This document shows, piece after piece, positions 9,858-18,094 of a DNA stretch of 26,370 nt. The notes beneath the pieces were generated by a model, which worked only from the letters and a program-made list of their open reading frames with translations, did not search any database and was not told the origin of the DNA. The DNA is from a virus (taxonomy: Duplodnaviria > Caudoviricetes), in IMG/VR virus record IMGVR_UViG_3300020045_005304, positions 1 to 26,370 of that record; one strand, written 5' to 3'. The first letter of the stretch is position 1; every line of letters starts with the position of its first letter. Made by a program: the position numbers and the translations under genes.

Positions 9858-10041
9858 CCAATTTGAAGCCGATGCAGCACCGCTGCCAAACATGAATGAT
9901 TATCCGGTTCGCTGTACAGCCTGCCGCAGACATTGCGTTATTTATGTGCTGGCTAATTCTGAGCCACTGCCTACTGACCCGATTGTGATTGATGAAAATA
10001 AATTTGTAATTGGCGAAGATTGCCCGATCCCAAATGAATAG
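9841..10041 (+). CDS. hypothetical small Cys-containing protein
   Basis: 66 aa, CTAC motif, coupled to its neighbours. Confidence 0.45.
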   Translation: MMKKTSQFEADAAPLPNMNDYPVRCTACRRHCVIYVLANSEPLPTDPIVIDENKFVIGEDCPIPNE

Positions 10042-10044
10042 CGT

Positions 10045-10260
10045 ATGAAACCAAAAGAAATAGCTACTTACATTCTTGCAGGTCTTATTGTTGCAGGATT
10101 TTTCACTACATTAGTATTTCTTATCCTTACAGGCAAGTATGAAACCACTATGCAGTTAATTGTCGGGGCTTTAGTCGGGGCATTTGTTACGGTTGTGGGT
10201 TATTATTTTGGTTCTTCAAAAGGTAGTGCAGATAAGAATGAATTGTTAAAGCCAAAATAA
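10045..10260 (+). CDS. putative holin (2 TM)
   Basis: Two TM helices followed by YYFGSSKGS; directly upstream of the endolysin candidate. Confidence 0.7.
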   Translation: MKPKEIATYILAGLIVAGFFTTLVFLILTGKYETTMQLIVGALVGAFVTVVGYYFGSSKGSADKNELLKPK

Positions 10261-10667
10261 TGAAACTCACAATCGAACGCATAGCATTCAAAGATACCTA
10301 CACAATCGGCAAACTATACCTTAATAACAGTTTGTTTTGTGATACGCTGGAGGATAAGGTGCGTGCTGATGGGGTTAAGGTTTACGGAGAAACGGCAATA
10401 CCGGCAGGACTGTATAAAGTTATATTAACGTATTCTAACCGGTTTAAACGCATTTTGCCGCTTGTCTGCGATGTGCCTAAATTCTCAGGTATTCGCATTC
10501 ACCCAGGTAACACATCGGAAGATACGAAAGGCTGCATATTGGTAGGCATAAATGATGTTAAAGGCCGGATAAGTAACAGTAAGGCAACATTTGAAGCATT
10601 GATGCCATTGATGCAAAACATTGAACACGAAGAAGCTATAACGCTCGAAATAATTAACAAAAGATGA
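10260..10667 (+). CDS. DUF5675-family putative endolysin (L,D-transpeptidase-like)
   Basis: YTIGKLY..FCDTLED..GETAIPAG.Y..GIRIHPGN..DTKGCILVG. Confidence 0.85.
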   Translation: MKLTIERIAFKDTYTIGKLYLNNSLFCDTLEDKVRADGVKVYGETAIPAGLYKVILTYSNRFKRILPLVCDVPKFSGIRIHPGNTSEDTKGCILVGINDVKGRISNSKATFEALMPLMQNIEHEEAITLEIINKR

Positions 10668-11245
10668 AACTAAGATTACTATATTTAATAATCGCATTGA
10701 ATACGCTGGTTGTAATACTAACTGTTTTATTACAGTGTCAGCGAAATCAGGACCAGCCGGAACCGGAAGTTATCACAACGACCGACACGATCAGAATAAC
10801 CGACACGATAAGGCAGAACCGAACCGTTTACAAGCCTGTGCCATACCAGGTAATTGATACATTCAAAGTGCCGGCAAACGTTGACACATCGGTTATTATT
10901 GCGGAATACATCAAGACACGGAAGTATGTTTTACCTGTAAGTGACGATTCAAACAGCCGGATAAACGTACATGCAACAGTACAGTTCAATCGGATAGCGG
11001 AATGGACTTATGATGCTCAGTTCTACCCACGCACGACCGTAATTGAGCGAAATCATGTTATAATCGAACCGAAGCGGGTGCAGTGGTTTGCGGGGGCTAA
11101 GTTCGGTTATCGCATTGGTGAGAATATTGGCGATTTTAAGCTCTGTGGAGCGATTAATACCCAAAATGATATGTTATACTCAATAGCATATGACCCGTTT
11201 AACAGAGTGCCTGAAGTGGGCGTTCTATGGAAAATATTTAAGTAG
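10664..11245 (+). CDS. putative spanin/lysis accessory protein
   Basis: N-terminal TM helix, TDTI repeats and beta-rich C-terminus; follows the endolysin. Confidence 0.55.
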   Translation: MKLRLLYLIIALNTLVVILTVLLQCQRNQDQPEPEVITTTDTIRITDTIRQNRTVYKPVPYQVIDTFKVPANVDTSVIIAEYIKTRKYVLPVSDDSNSRINVHATVQFNRIAEWTYDAQFYPRTTVIERNHVIIEPKRVQWFAGAKFGYRIGENIGDFKLCGAINTQNDMLYSIAYDPFNRVPEVGVLWKIFK

Positions 11246-11275
11246 CTTTGTTTGAGTGTTGAGTGTTTGGGTTTG

Positions 11276-11311
11276 CCCCTGCCGGTTGTGGTTTCCGGCG
11301 GGGGTTTTTTT
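11276..11311 (+). terminator. Rho-independent terminator ending the late/lysis operon
   Basis: CCCCTGCCGG-loop-CCGGCGGGGG followed by T7; lies between convergent genes. Confidence 0.85.
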
Positions 11312-11318
11312 GTTATCG

Positions 11319-12089
11319 CTATAATCCGCACATGCCATGACACTCTTCAATCAATTCAGGAAATAAACTTGGAGATTGAGTAAAATCTACATCTTTCAAT
11401 GGTATTCCATCTTTATACAAAAATGTTCTACTTTTTAATTTTGGGTAATTTCTGATCTTATCATCAAAATCACAGGCTTTCTTAAATTCTAAAGGGAAAT
11501 TCTTTTTAAATAGCTGCCAGTATGCTTTAGAATGGAACGGGCAGATTAAACATGCACTTTTACCTGGTTCTGGCAATCCTGTCAACCTGAACCATTCTTT
11601 TATACCGTCAATGCTTATTCTATAATCAACAAGCGGATAATAATGTTCTATATATTGTACGTCACTTTGTTTTATGCGTTCAATCTCATCAAGGCTTATT
11701 CCAATCCATAACCTTATTTTTTTACCATTTCTAATACTTTGTAAATATTTACGAATTGGAGCTATTTTATAATCACCTGTACAGTGTCTGTTCATTATAC
11801 CACCACCTTCAAGCCTTAGTGGTATTTGTGGGTTCCTTGCTATTTTACCATCAATATAATCAATGGTATCTTGCATTATATCACCATTTGAAACCTCAAT
11901 TATATCAAAATCGTACTTTTCTTTTACATATTCAGTTAACCACTTTAAATAGTTTGTTACATATTCTGGTTCGCAACCAGTATTACTATAAACTGCAATA
12001 TCAGGCTTAAATTTAAATTTACCTTCAAGCGCATTCAATAACATATATGTGCTTTGTTTACCTACTCCAAGTGATATTACATTTAGCAT
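11319..12089 (-). CDS. PAPS-reductase-like (adenine nucleotide alpha hydrolase) protein
   Basis: ISLGVGKQS PP-loop variant, NTGCE, RHCTGDYKI, WIGISLDE, YPL, KSACLICPF, C-terminal CHGMC; AT-rich; the only convincing minus-strand gene. Confidence 0.8.
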   Translation of the reverse strand: MLNVISLGVGKQSTYMLLNALEGKFKFKPDIAVYSNTGCEPEYVTNYLKWLTEYVKEKYDFDIIEVSNGDIMQDTIDYIDGKIARNPQIPLRLEGGGIMNRHCTGDYKIAPIRKYLQSIRNGKKIRLWIGISLDEIERIKQSDVQYIEHYYPLVDYRISIDGIKEWFRLTGLPEPGKSACLICPFHSKAYWQLFKKNFPLEFKKACDFDDKIRNYPKLKSRTFLYKDGIPLKDVDFTQSPSLFPELIEECHGMCGL

Positions 12090-12159
12090 TATGTTTAATT
12101 TTTAAATTACATTCCCCAAAATTACAAAACAATCCCCATAAAAACCGCACTCCAACCGC

Positions 12160-12256
12160 TGACATTTATCAACCTAATATTGATATATCTCAATGCAAAC
12201 ACGCATATATCTCATTGAAAATATTTGCAATCGTATATACAGATGTTGTACCTTTA
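12160..12256 (+). promoter_or_regulatory. early promoter with tandem TGA-N6-TCA boxes
   Basis: TGACATTTATCA 12160, TGATATATCTCA 12181, GCATATATCTCA 12203; GTATATAC palindrome; -7-like TACCTTTA at 12249. Confidence 0.7.
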
Positions 12257-12282
12257 CTTCATCAAACAAACAGATAGAAGCC

Positions 12283-12579
12283 ATGAAAACAAACACTGAA
12301 ATTAAATCAATCTTAGATGCTTCAAGAAAGTATAATATTTGGAGCCATCCAGCACACAAAACAGTAGGTGATAATTGTTGCGAGTATTGCGGCAAAAAGC
12401 ACGGCAAAAACCCGCTTTACGTTCATGTAACATGGCGCGGAACTTGCGTACCTAACGATGTAACAGAAGAAGAATTATCCGCATTTGGCGAAGATTCGCA
12501 AGGTTGTTTTCCTATCGGTTCTACCTGTGCAAGTAAAATGTTCGGAACTGAAATCAATAACTATACAAAACAATCATAA
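12283..12579 (+). CDS. hypothetical Zn-binding protein
   Basis: Likely start ATG 12283 after an A-rich leader; CEYCGK ... FPIGSTCA. Confidence 0.7.
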   Translation: MKTNTEIKSILDASRKYNIWSHPAHKTVGDNCCEYCGKKHGKNPLYVHVTWRGTCVPNDVTEEELSAFGEDSQGCFPIGSTCASKMFGTEINNYTKQS

Positions 12580-12589
12580 CTACTAAACA

Positions 12590-12613
12590 AGCTGCGCCAC
12601 CGGCTACACGGGC
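12590..12613 (+). ncRNA. compact pseudoknot-like RNA motif, copy 1
   Basis: AGCTG-CGCCAC-CGGCT-ACAC-GGGC; second copy at 14017. Confidence 0.55.
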
Positions 12614-12620
12614 ATAAGTT

Positions 12621-12890
12621 ATGAAACCAAAACTAATAAAACTAACAGAACGACAGCACGCAATTCTGAGCGGCAAACCAAACGCCTCGGCTTATGTACG
12701 TGGGCTGATCGACAGGGATAATTCAATTGAAGATCGGGCAACGCGGTTTGAAATGGTCGGGAAGGCTATTTTGGCAGGAAACAGGAAATCTGACCCAGCA
12801 ACTGTAATCGCTGAATTATCTTTTATGCTGGCCAAGCAGGTATCAGGCGAAGATCAACTCGAAGTTATTTTGGAAAGGGGGGCGAAATGA
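12621..12890 (+). CDS. putative ribbon-helix-helix DNA-binding protein
   Basis: N-terminal KLIKLTERQHAILSGKPNASAYVRGLID fits a beta-helix-helix pattern. Confidence 0.5.
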   Translation: MKPKLIKLTERQHAILSGKPNASAYVRGLIDRDNSIEDRATRFEMVGKAILAGNRKSDPATVIAELSFMLAKQVSGEDQLEVILERGAK

Positions 12891-13138
12891 GCAAGATAAC
12901 AGGGAATGAACCGGCAATACCGGTAGTGATAAACAGGTTTGATCAAAGAGGAAATTTGATTGGTGCAACACAACAAACCGGCATCACAATCATCCAACAG
13001 TTCTCAATGGCTGCAATGCAGGGTATAGCTGCTAATCCCAACATGATAGACACGGATAACTGGCAATGGCTTGCTGAAAATTCAGTAAAAGCAGCCTACG
13101 CCCTAATCGCAGAACTAAACAAGGAGGACAAGCCATGA
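12887..13138 (+). CDS. conserved phage hypothetical protein
   Basis: NEPAIP...F.MAAMQG...A.ALIAELNK pattern common in small phage early genes. Confidence 0.7.
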   Translation: MSKITGNEPAIPVVINRFDQRGNLIGATQQTGITIIQQFSMAAMQGIAANPNMIDTDNWQWLAENSVKAAYALIAELNKEDKP

Positions 13139-13395
13139 CATGGGGACTACACCACAACGGCGGCCCATATCATAGAGGTATATGCCCCGAATGCCTAAAC
13201 TCAAACGGCGATTGTACGGATGGGTTATGCGAAGAATGCTTCGATCTTCAGCCAGTTAAATGCTCAGATTGCGGCGATATGCACGAACCATCGAACATGG
13301 TCGGGTCGGTCTGCCAGTGCTGCTATGATTTTCAACAGCAGGAGAAAGCATTTATATTGATGGATGCGGGTGGGGATTGGGATGCGAGTAAATGA
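13135..13395 (+). CDS. Cys-rich zinc-finger protein
   Basis: Four CxxC motifs. Confidence 0.6.
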   Translation: MTWGLHHNGGPYHRGICPECLNSNGDCTDGLCEECFDLQPVKCSDCGDMHEPSNMVGSVCQCCYDFQQQEKAFILMDAGGDWDASK

Positions 13396-13425
13396 AATGT
13401 TTAATAATTTAAAACTAAAAACAAA

Positions 13426-13695
13426 ATGAATAATGTAATATGCCCAGCATGTGGCGGAGATGGAAAAGAAACTTGCAGTAACCCAGATCATGGATTTTTA
13501 ACCGGAATAGTTAATATTGCTTATAGTGCTAATGAAAGTGCTTGCCCGTGTTGTGGCCATGATCAGAACCATAAGGTTAAAAATGGTGGTAATTGTGAGC
13601 TATGTAATGGACTTGGGAATATTAGTGAAGAAAATGCTAATAAATGGGCTAATGAAGTCGGGTACGGCGAAGAGTTGGTGGTTTTTCACCATTGA
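13426..13695 (+). CDS. DnaJ-type zinc-finger-like small protein
   Basis: CPACGGDG, CPCCG, CELCNGLG. Confidence 0.65.
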   Translation: MNNVICPACGGDGKETCSNPDHGFLTGIVNIAYSANESACPCCGHDQNHKVKNGGNCELCNGLGNISEENANKWANEVGYGEELVVFHH

Positions 13696-13769
13696 CAAAT
13701 ATCAACCGAAACACGCATATATCTCATCGGTGAAAATTAGGAATGTATATACCTTTGGTTGTACCTTTA
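13693..13769 (+). promoter_or_regulatory. second copy of the early promoter
   Basis: TGACAAATATCA 13693, GCATATATCTCA 13715, GTATATAC, GTTGTACCTTTAC shared with the 12160 promoter. Confidence 0.7.
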
Positions 13770-13796
13770 CTGCTACAAACAAACACTAAAAGCCAT

Positions 13797-14003
13797 ATGG
13801 CACAAATTAATAAATATAATGTAAAGGTTGGCGATACTTTTACCGGAAAATTTGAATTTACATTAACTGTAATTAATGTAACAGAAAAAACCTGTAAAAC
13901 TGAAATGATAACCAGTTTTGGTAGGCGTGATACATTTCAGCGTACATGGAATCAGATAAACCAAAATATTGAAAAAGGAAAGTATAATCATATTAAATCA
14001 TAA
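13797..14003 (+). CDS. hypothetical small beta-rich protein
   Basis: Likely start ATG 13797 after the promoter and leader; VKVGD motif. Confidence 0.65.
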   Translation: MAQINKYNVKVGDTFTGKFEFTLTVINVTEKTCKTEMITSFGRRDTFQRTWNQINQNIEKGKYNHIKS

Positions 14004-14016
14004 CCACACACTCAAA

Positions 14017-14041
14017 AGCTGCCCTATCGGCTACACGGGGG
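14017..14041 (+). ncRNA. compact pseudoknot-like RNA motif, copy 2
   Basis: AGCTG-CCCTAT-CGGCT-ACAC-GGGGG. Confidence 0.55.
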
Positions 14042-14046
14042 AGAGT

Positions 14047-14520
14047 ATGACGAACAAAACCCACTGGAAGAAATTAGTAAACCCTGACTACATCGGGGCG
14101 TATTGCATCGAAGAAGATACGGTTGTTAAGATTGTATCAGTCGGGCAAGAAGAAGTAAAAGGCGAGAACGGCAAAAAAGACTTTTGCACCGTTGCAAGGC
14201 TCGAAAACATGAAGCCATTTATCATCAACCGGACCAACGCAAAGACAATCACACAAATTGTCGGAAGCCCGTATATTGAGGACTGGGTAGGCCATTCAAT
14301 AACTGTTTACCCTACCACAACAAAAGTTAAGGGTGATGTTGTTGAATGCCTCAGGATAAGGGCTACCGCTCCGCAAGTTGTGGACTACTCACAGCAAGCC
14401 AAACAACTCCGCGAATGCAAAACACTGGCAGACCTGCAAACAATCTACAAATCATTTACCAAAGATCAGCAGATCGGAACGGTATCAGTAAAGGACGAAT
14501 GTAAAGCCCAATTATCATGA
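14047..14520 (+). CDS. putative ssDNA-binding/annealing partner of the exonuclease
   Basis: Start ATG 14047; THWKK..NPDYIGA..KPFIINRTNAKTI..YIEDWVG..ECLRIR; coupled to the YqaJ gene (function inferred from position). Confidence 0.55.
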   Translation: MTNKTHWKKLVNPDYIGAYCIEEDTVVKIVSVGQEEVKGENGKKDFCTVARLENMKPFIINRTNAKTITQIVGSPYIEDWVGHSITVYPTTTKVKGDVVECLRIRATAPQVVDYSQQAKQLRECKTLADLQTIYKSFTKDQQIGTVSVKDECKAQLS

Positions 14521-15125
14521 ACTGGAAACCCATCGTACAACTGAGCGAAGAATGGAAGCAACTGAAGGCCGGTAAGATTTCAGGCACCCGTTTTGGTCAG
14601 GTTATAAGCACCCGCAAGAACGCACTACTTTACGAACTGCTTAACGAAAAGTTAAACGGTTATATCTATGATGATGATTACGAAAGCGAAGATATGGCAT
14701 ATGGTAGAGAAAACGAAAGCCATGCCATTGACTTGCTAGAGGAACGGACTGGTATTAAGTTCTTGCGTGGTGGCGTGATATTGTCAGATTTTAGCCATAT
14801 ACATATGGCCAGCCCCGACGGCGTGAATATTGAAGTCGGTGCAATAGCTGAGGTAAAATGCACAATGAAAGGCGCAAGGCAGTTACAGCGATTTGTGGAA
14901 GGTCCAGAATCGGATAAAATGGGTCAGATAATAAACTACTTCGCACAATCGGACAGTGTTAACGTGGTTTACTGGGCGTCATTTTGCGAGTTCAGGCCGG
15001 AGTGTGAGTTGGTGGTGTGTGAGTTTCGGCGCAAGCAATTTGAAAAAGAAATAACAGCCGGAAGAATAGGAGTAAAAGCAATTGAAAAACAACTGGAGCA
15101 ACTGGAACAAAAAATAACATTCTAA
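14517..15125 (+). CDS. YqaJ/lambda-exonuclease-family recombination nuclease
   Basis: QLSEEW..K.GKISGT, M.YG.ENE, ASPDG, EVKC motifs. Confidence 0.9.
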   Translation: MNWKPIVQLSEEWKQLKAGKISGTRFGQVISTRKNALLYELLNEKLNGYIYDDDYESEDMAYGRENESHAIDLLEERTGIKFLRGGVILSDFSHIHMASPDGVNIEVGAIAEVKCTMKGARQLQRFVEGPESDKMGQIINYFAQSDSVNVVYWASFCEFRPECELVVCEFRRKQFEKEITAGRIGVKAIEKQLEQLEQKITF

Positions 15126-15138
15126 AACCCAAAACAAA

Positions 15139-16152
15139 ATGAACATTACAAAAGTAAACCCTCAGGAATTTGGACTTGAAGTATCACAGGCCGAAACAAT
15201 TGAACAGGCATTTGCGCCAAAAATCATTGAACGCGATGGATACGCTGCAATTTACAGCGAATTAATCGCAAAAGAAATTGACGTTACAGTTTGTAAAGAT
15301 GCCGGCGATTTACGCAAAAAACTTGTAAAAGTGCGTACCGGAATCGCTGATATTCACAAAACACAAAAGGCATTCTTTCTTGCTGCCGGTCGTTTCGTTG
15401 ATGCCTGGAAAAACAAAGAAACGTTACCAATTGAACAGATGGAAGAAAATCTTAAAAAGATTGAAGATTATTACGAAAACATTGAACGCGAAAAAGCCGC
15501 AGCATTAAAGGCTGAAAGAGTTTCAAAACTTTCGGAAGTATGTGACAATCCGGAGTTGTTTCAGGTTGAACTTATGACAGATGCAGCATTCGAGGCACTG
15601 TTGGAAGGTCAGAAGTTAGCAAAAAAAGCACGGATAAAAGCAGAACAGGAAGCAGAAAAAGCAAGACTGGCCGAAATTGAAGCCGAAAAAGCTGAACAAG
15701 AACGTATCAGAAAAGAAAATGAAGCACTGAAAGCCGAAGCCGAAGCGAAAGAAAGACAACTCGAAGCAGAACGCAAAGAAGCAGCCGACAAACTGAAAGC
15801 TGAACAGGCCGCTGCTGAATCCGCAAGGTTAAAAGCACAGGCCGAAGCCGAAGCGAAACTGAAAGCTGAACGTGAAGAACGCGAGCGCATTGAACGCGAA
15901 CTGAAAACAAAACAGGATGCCGAAATTGCAGCAAAGAAAGAAGCTGAAAGAATCGAAGCAGAACGTATTGAAGCAGAAAAGAAAGCCGCTAAAGCACCGG
16001 ATAAGGATAAATTGAAAGCTTTTGTAAATTCGATTTCACTGCCTGTATTGCCTGAGTTGAAAACAAATGAATCGAAACAAAAAGCCGCTGATATTGCTGC
16101 AAAATTTGAATCGTTCAAATCTTGGGCAATTACTCAGATCGAAGCAATTTAA
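15139..16152 (+). CDS. coiled-coil phage protein (DUF1351-like)
   Basis: 337 aa with an E/K/A/R-rich helical tract; in the recombination module. Confidence 0.65.
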   Translation: MNITKVNPQEFGLEVSQAETIEQAFAPKIIERDGYAAIYSELIAKEIDVTVCKDAGDLRKKLVKVRTGIADIHKTQKAFFLAAGRFVDAWKNKETLPIEQMEENLKKIEDYYENIEREKAAALKAERVSKLSEVCDNPELFQVELMTDAAFEALLEGQKLAKKARIKAEQEAEKARLAEIEAEKAEQERIRKENEALKAEAEAKERQLEAERKEAADKLKAEQAAAESARLKAQAEAEAKLKAEREERERIERELKTKQDAEIAAKKEAERIEAERIEAEKKAAKAPDKDKLKAFVNSISLPVLPELKTNESKQKAADIAAKFESFKSWAITQIEAI

Positions 16153-16202
16153 CTTTAACCAAAACCCAGAATAGCACGCGGACTGTTAACCGTGCCTGAA
16201 TA

Positions 16203-16478
16203 ATGGAAACGAAATATACGAAATTGGAATGGCAATATAGCCCAATGAAAGGAACTATAAACAATTGTTTTGCAGCGCAAGTATGGGATTCAAACGGATT
16301 TAGCCTTGCTACAATCAGTAGCCGGTACGGCGAAGAAGAAGCAACAGCCAACGCAAAACTAATTGCAGCGGCTCCGGAATTGCTGGAAGCATGCATTGAA
16401 GCAGAAAAACATCATCAAGGTTTGCATTCTGAGATAGGAGGCATATTAAGATCAGCAATCGAAAAAGCAACCAAATAA
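16203..16478 (+). CDS. conserved phage hypothetical protein
   Basis: ANAKLIAAAPELLEAC motif. Confidence 0.75.
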   Translation: METKYTKLEWQYSPMKGTINNCFAAQVWDSNGFSLATISSRYGEEEATANAKLIAAAPELLEACIEAEKHHQGLHSEIGGILRSAIEKATK

Positions 16479-16488
16479 AACCAAACCC

Positions 16489-16830
16489 ATGAAAACAAAA
16501 CTAATCCTAACCATATCAGTAATCGCACTACTATCAATCGGAATGATCTATATGTTCAACCCATCGCCAATAATGAAGTTCGTGCTCGTATTTGCGCTTA
16601 TTGTTGCTGCCGGCGTGAGTTGGTTTGCATGGTCGCTGTGCAAGCTTAAAGGGCGGCAGGATGAGATATTTCTCGAGGCGTGGCGCAAAGGACTACAACG
16701 TAACGACCTGGTAAGAGTTAACGGTGTGGTATTCGTGTTTGACAGCGTAACGAACGGCATGGCATATGTGAAGAACCACAACGACGAGTTATATGTGTTG
16801 ATGTCGGATGTTTGGCCGGTGGAGGATTGA
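16489..16830 (+). CDS. membrane protein (2 TM)
   Basis: Two N-terminal hydrophobic helices. Confidence 0.65.
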   Translation: MKTKLILTISVIALLSIGMIYMFNPSPIMKFVLVFALIVAAGVSWFAWSLCKLKGRQDEIFLEAWRKGLQRNDLVRVNGVVFVFDSVTNGMAYVKNHNDELYVLMSDVWPVED

Positions 16831-16833
16831 GGG

Positions 16834-17064
16834 ATGGGTAAAAGAGGAAGAAAACCAATTGATCCTGAATTAGTAAATATACGATTTGCTAAAGTGCTTG
16901 AATTAGTTGCAATCGGTTACAGTATAGAAAAAGCAGTTAAAAGACTAAAACTAAACAGGATTTACTTTTATAGGAGCATTTCAGATAAGCAAAAAGCAGA
17001 ATTGAAGATGACAAAAGTCATGAAAACAAGAACTAAAATTGATAGGTATGTTTTGCATGATTGA
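16834..17064 (+). CDS. small HTH DNA-binding protein
   Basis: GKRGRKP basic N-terminus; GYSIEKAVKRLKLNRIYFYR HTH-like segment. Confidence 0.55.
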   Translation: MGKRGRKPIDPELVNIRFAKVLELVAIGYSIEKAVKRLKLNRIYFYRSISDKQKAELKMTKVMKTRTKIDRYVLHD

Positions 17065-17136
17065 CATATCTCAACCAAAACCGCAACAAATCTCATCGGT
17101 AAAAAATACGCTGATGTTGTGGATTTAGTAATTTTG
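17062..17136 (+). promoter_or_regulatory. promoter with TGA-N6-TCA boxes upstream of the tRNA-like RNA
   Basis: TGACATATCTCA 17062, CAACAAATCTCA 17084, TAATTTTG -7 box at 17129. Confidence 0.65.
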
Positions 17137-17151
17137 AAGAAAACATTTACA

Positions 17152-17220
17152 GGGTAGTTAGCTCAGTGACAGGTTAGAGCGCTATTATAGAGGCAAGTGG
17201 TTCGAATCCATTACTACCCA
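17152..17220 (+). ncRNA. tRNA-like RNA with a truncated anticodon arm
   Basis: Acceptor GGGTAGT/ACTACCC, D arm GCTC..GAGC, T arm AGTGG-TTCGAAT-CCATT; only 15 nt between the D and T arms. Confidence 0.8.
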
Positions 17221-17241
17221 CAATTAAACAACAACAAAAAC

Positions 17242-17556
17242 ATGAACAAATCCAGATATTACTTCCGAATAGGTGACGATACCTGCTACAAGATCGAAAG
17301 CCATTTAGCATACATGGTATTAAGCAATATCACAAAAATGAATATTGTACTAGCTGAGCGTGATATTAACTCTGATTACTTTTTCTGCCAACATTATAAA
17401 GAGACAGGAGAAAAAGGACAATGCGGAAAATCGTGTGATGCTTATTCGCCTCGCAATGGCAAATCAGGTGCTTGTAAGTTTGTTGGGTATGTTTACTCTG
17501 AAACTGATAAAGTTTATGAATTAAAAATTGATGACGTAAAAATTATTAAGCCATGA
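17242..17556 (+). CDS. hypothetical Cys-rich protein
   Basis: Likely start ATG 17242; FFC..CGKSC..Y.PRNGKSGAC. Confidence 0.7.
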   Translation: MNKSRYYFRIGDDTCYKIESHLAYMVLSNITKMNIVLAERDINSDYFFCQHYKETGEKGQCGKSCDAYSPRNGKSGACKFVGYVYSETDKVYELKIDDVKIIKP

Positions 17557-17894
17557 AAACACTACAACTAAGCTTAAAAAGAAAATGGTTTGAAATGACA
17601 AAAGCAGGCATTAAAACCGAAGATTATAGAGAGATCAATAGGTTTATGATTTCCAGATTGTTGTCAAACATAGAATACCTATGTGATTATAATGACATAA
17701 TCAGCGTAGGTGGTGCGCAGTTCAAACAGTTTGATGTTAACATCATGACTTTAGGTTATCCAAAGTCAACAGATAGCGAACGCATTTTAAAACTCGAACA
17801 CAAAGGAATCGAAATCAGAACAGGCAATCCTGAATGGGGAGCTGAGCCAGGTAAGCTATATTTTGTAATAAAGCACGGAGAAATAATTAAATAA
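17553..17894 (+). CDS. ASCH/PUA-like domain protein
   Basis: LQLSLKRKWFEM.KAGIKTEDYRE...GYP...EWGA. Confidence 0.8.
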   Translation: MKTLQLSLKRKWFEMTKAGIKTEDYREINRFMISRLLSNIEYLCDYNDIISVGGAQFKQFDVNIMTLGYPKSTDSERILKLEHKGIEIRTGNPEWGAEPGKLYFVIKHGEIIK

Positions 17895-17902
17895 ACAACC
17901 AA

Positions 17903-18094
17903 ATGAAAATAACAACCCTACAAGACAACAGCCGCATAGTAGTAACAGACAGTGGCGAAGCATACCAATATTATAAGGCGGTCGGTCGTGCTACTGATCG
18001 GCCGTGGTGCCTTGTCAGGCAGAAGGGGGCTGGGAAGTTGGAATGGTTTACTACTGAGGAAGAAGTGATTGAGTTTATTGAAAAGCAGCCATGA
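17903..18094 (+). CDS. hypothetical protein
   Basis: 63 aa, A/C-rich leader, coupled to the next gene. Confidence 0.55.
   Translation: MKITTLQDNSRIVVTDSGEAYQYYKAVGRATDRPWCLVRQKGAGKLEWFTTEEEVIEFIEKQP

Noticed and set aside
12160-14041. CRISPR array or mini-array
   Set aside because: The repeats are promoter and leader elements enclosing whole genes, not regularly spaced repeat-spacer units.
16834-17064. Terminase small subunit
   Set aside because: The basic N-terminus and HTH are compatible, but it is only 76 aa, lies among early genes and has no adjacent large subunit; kept as a generic HTH protein.
17152-17220. Ochre suppressor tRNA (TTA loop) or recoded genetic code
   Set aside because: A 3-bp stem with a 3-nt loop cannot form a normal anticodon arm, and genes tile densely under the standard code with TAA as a common stop.
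17152-17220. attP/attB tRNA fragment
   Set aside because: No integrase is recognisable, and the element has both 5' and 3' tRNA halves plus its own promoter.
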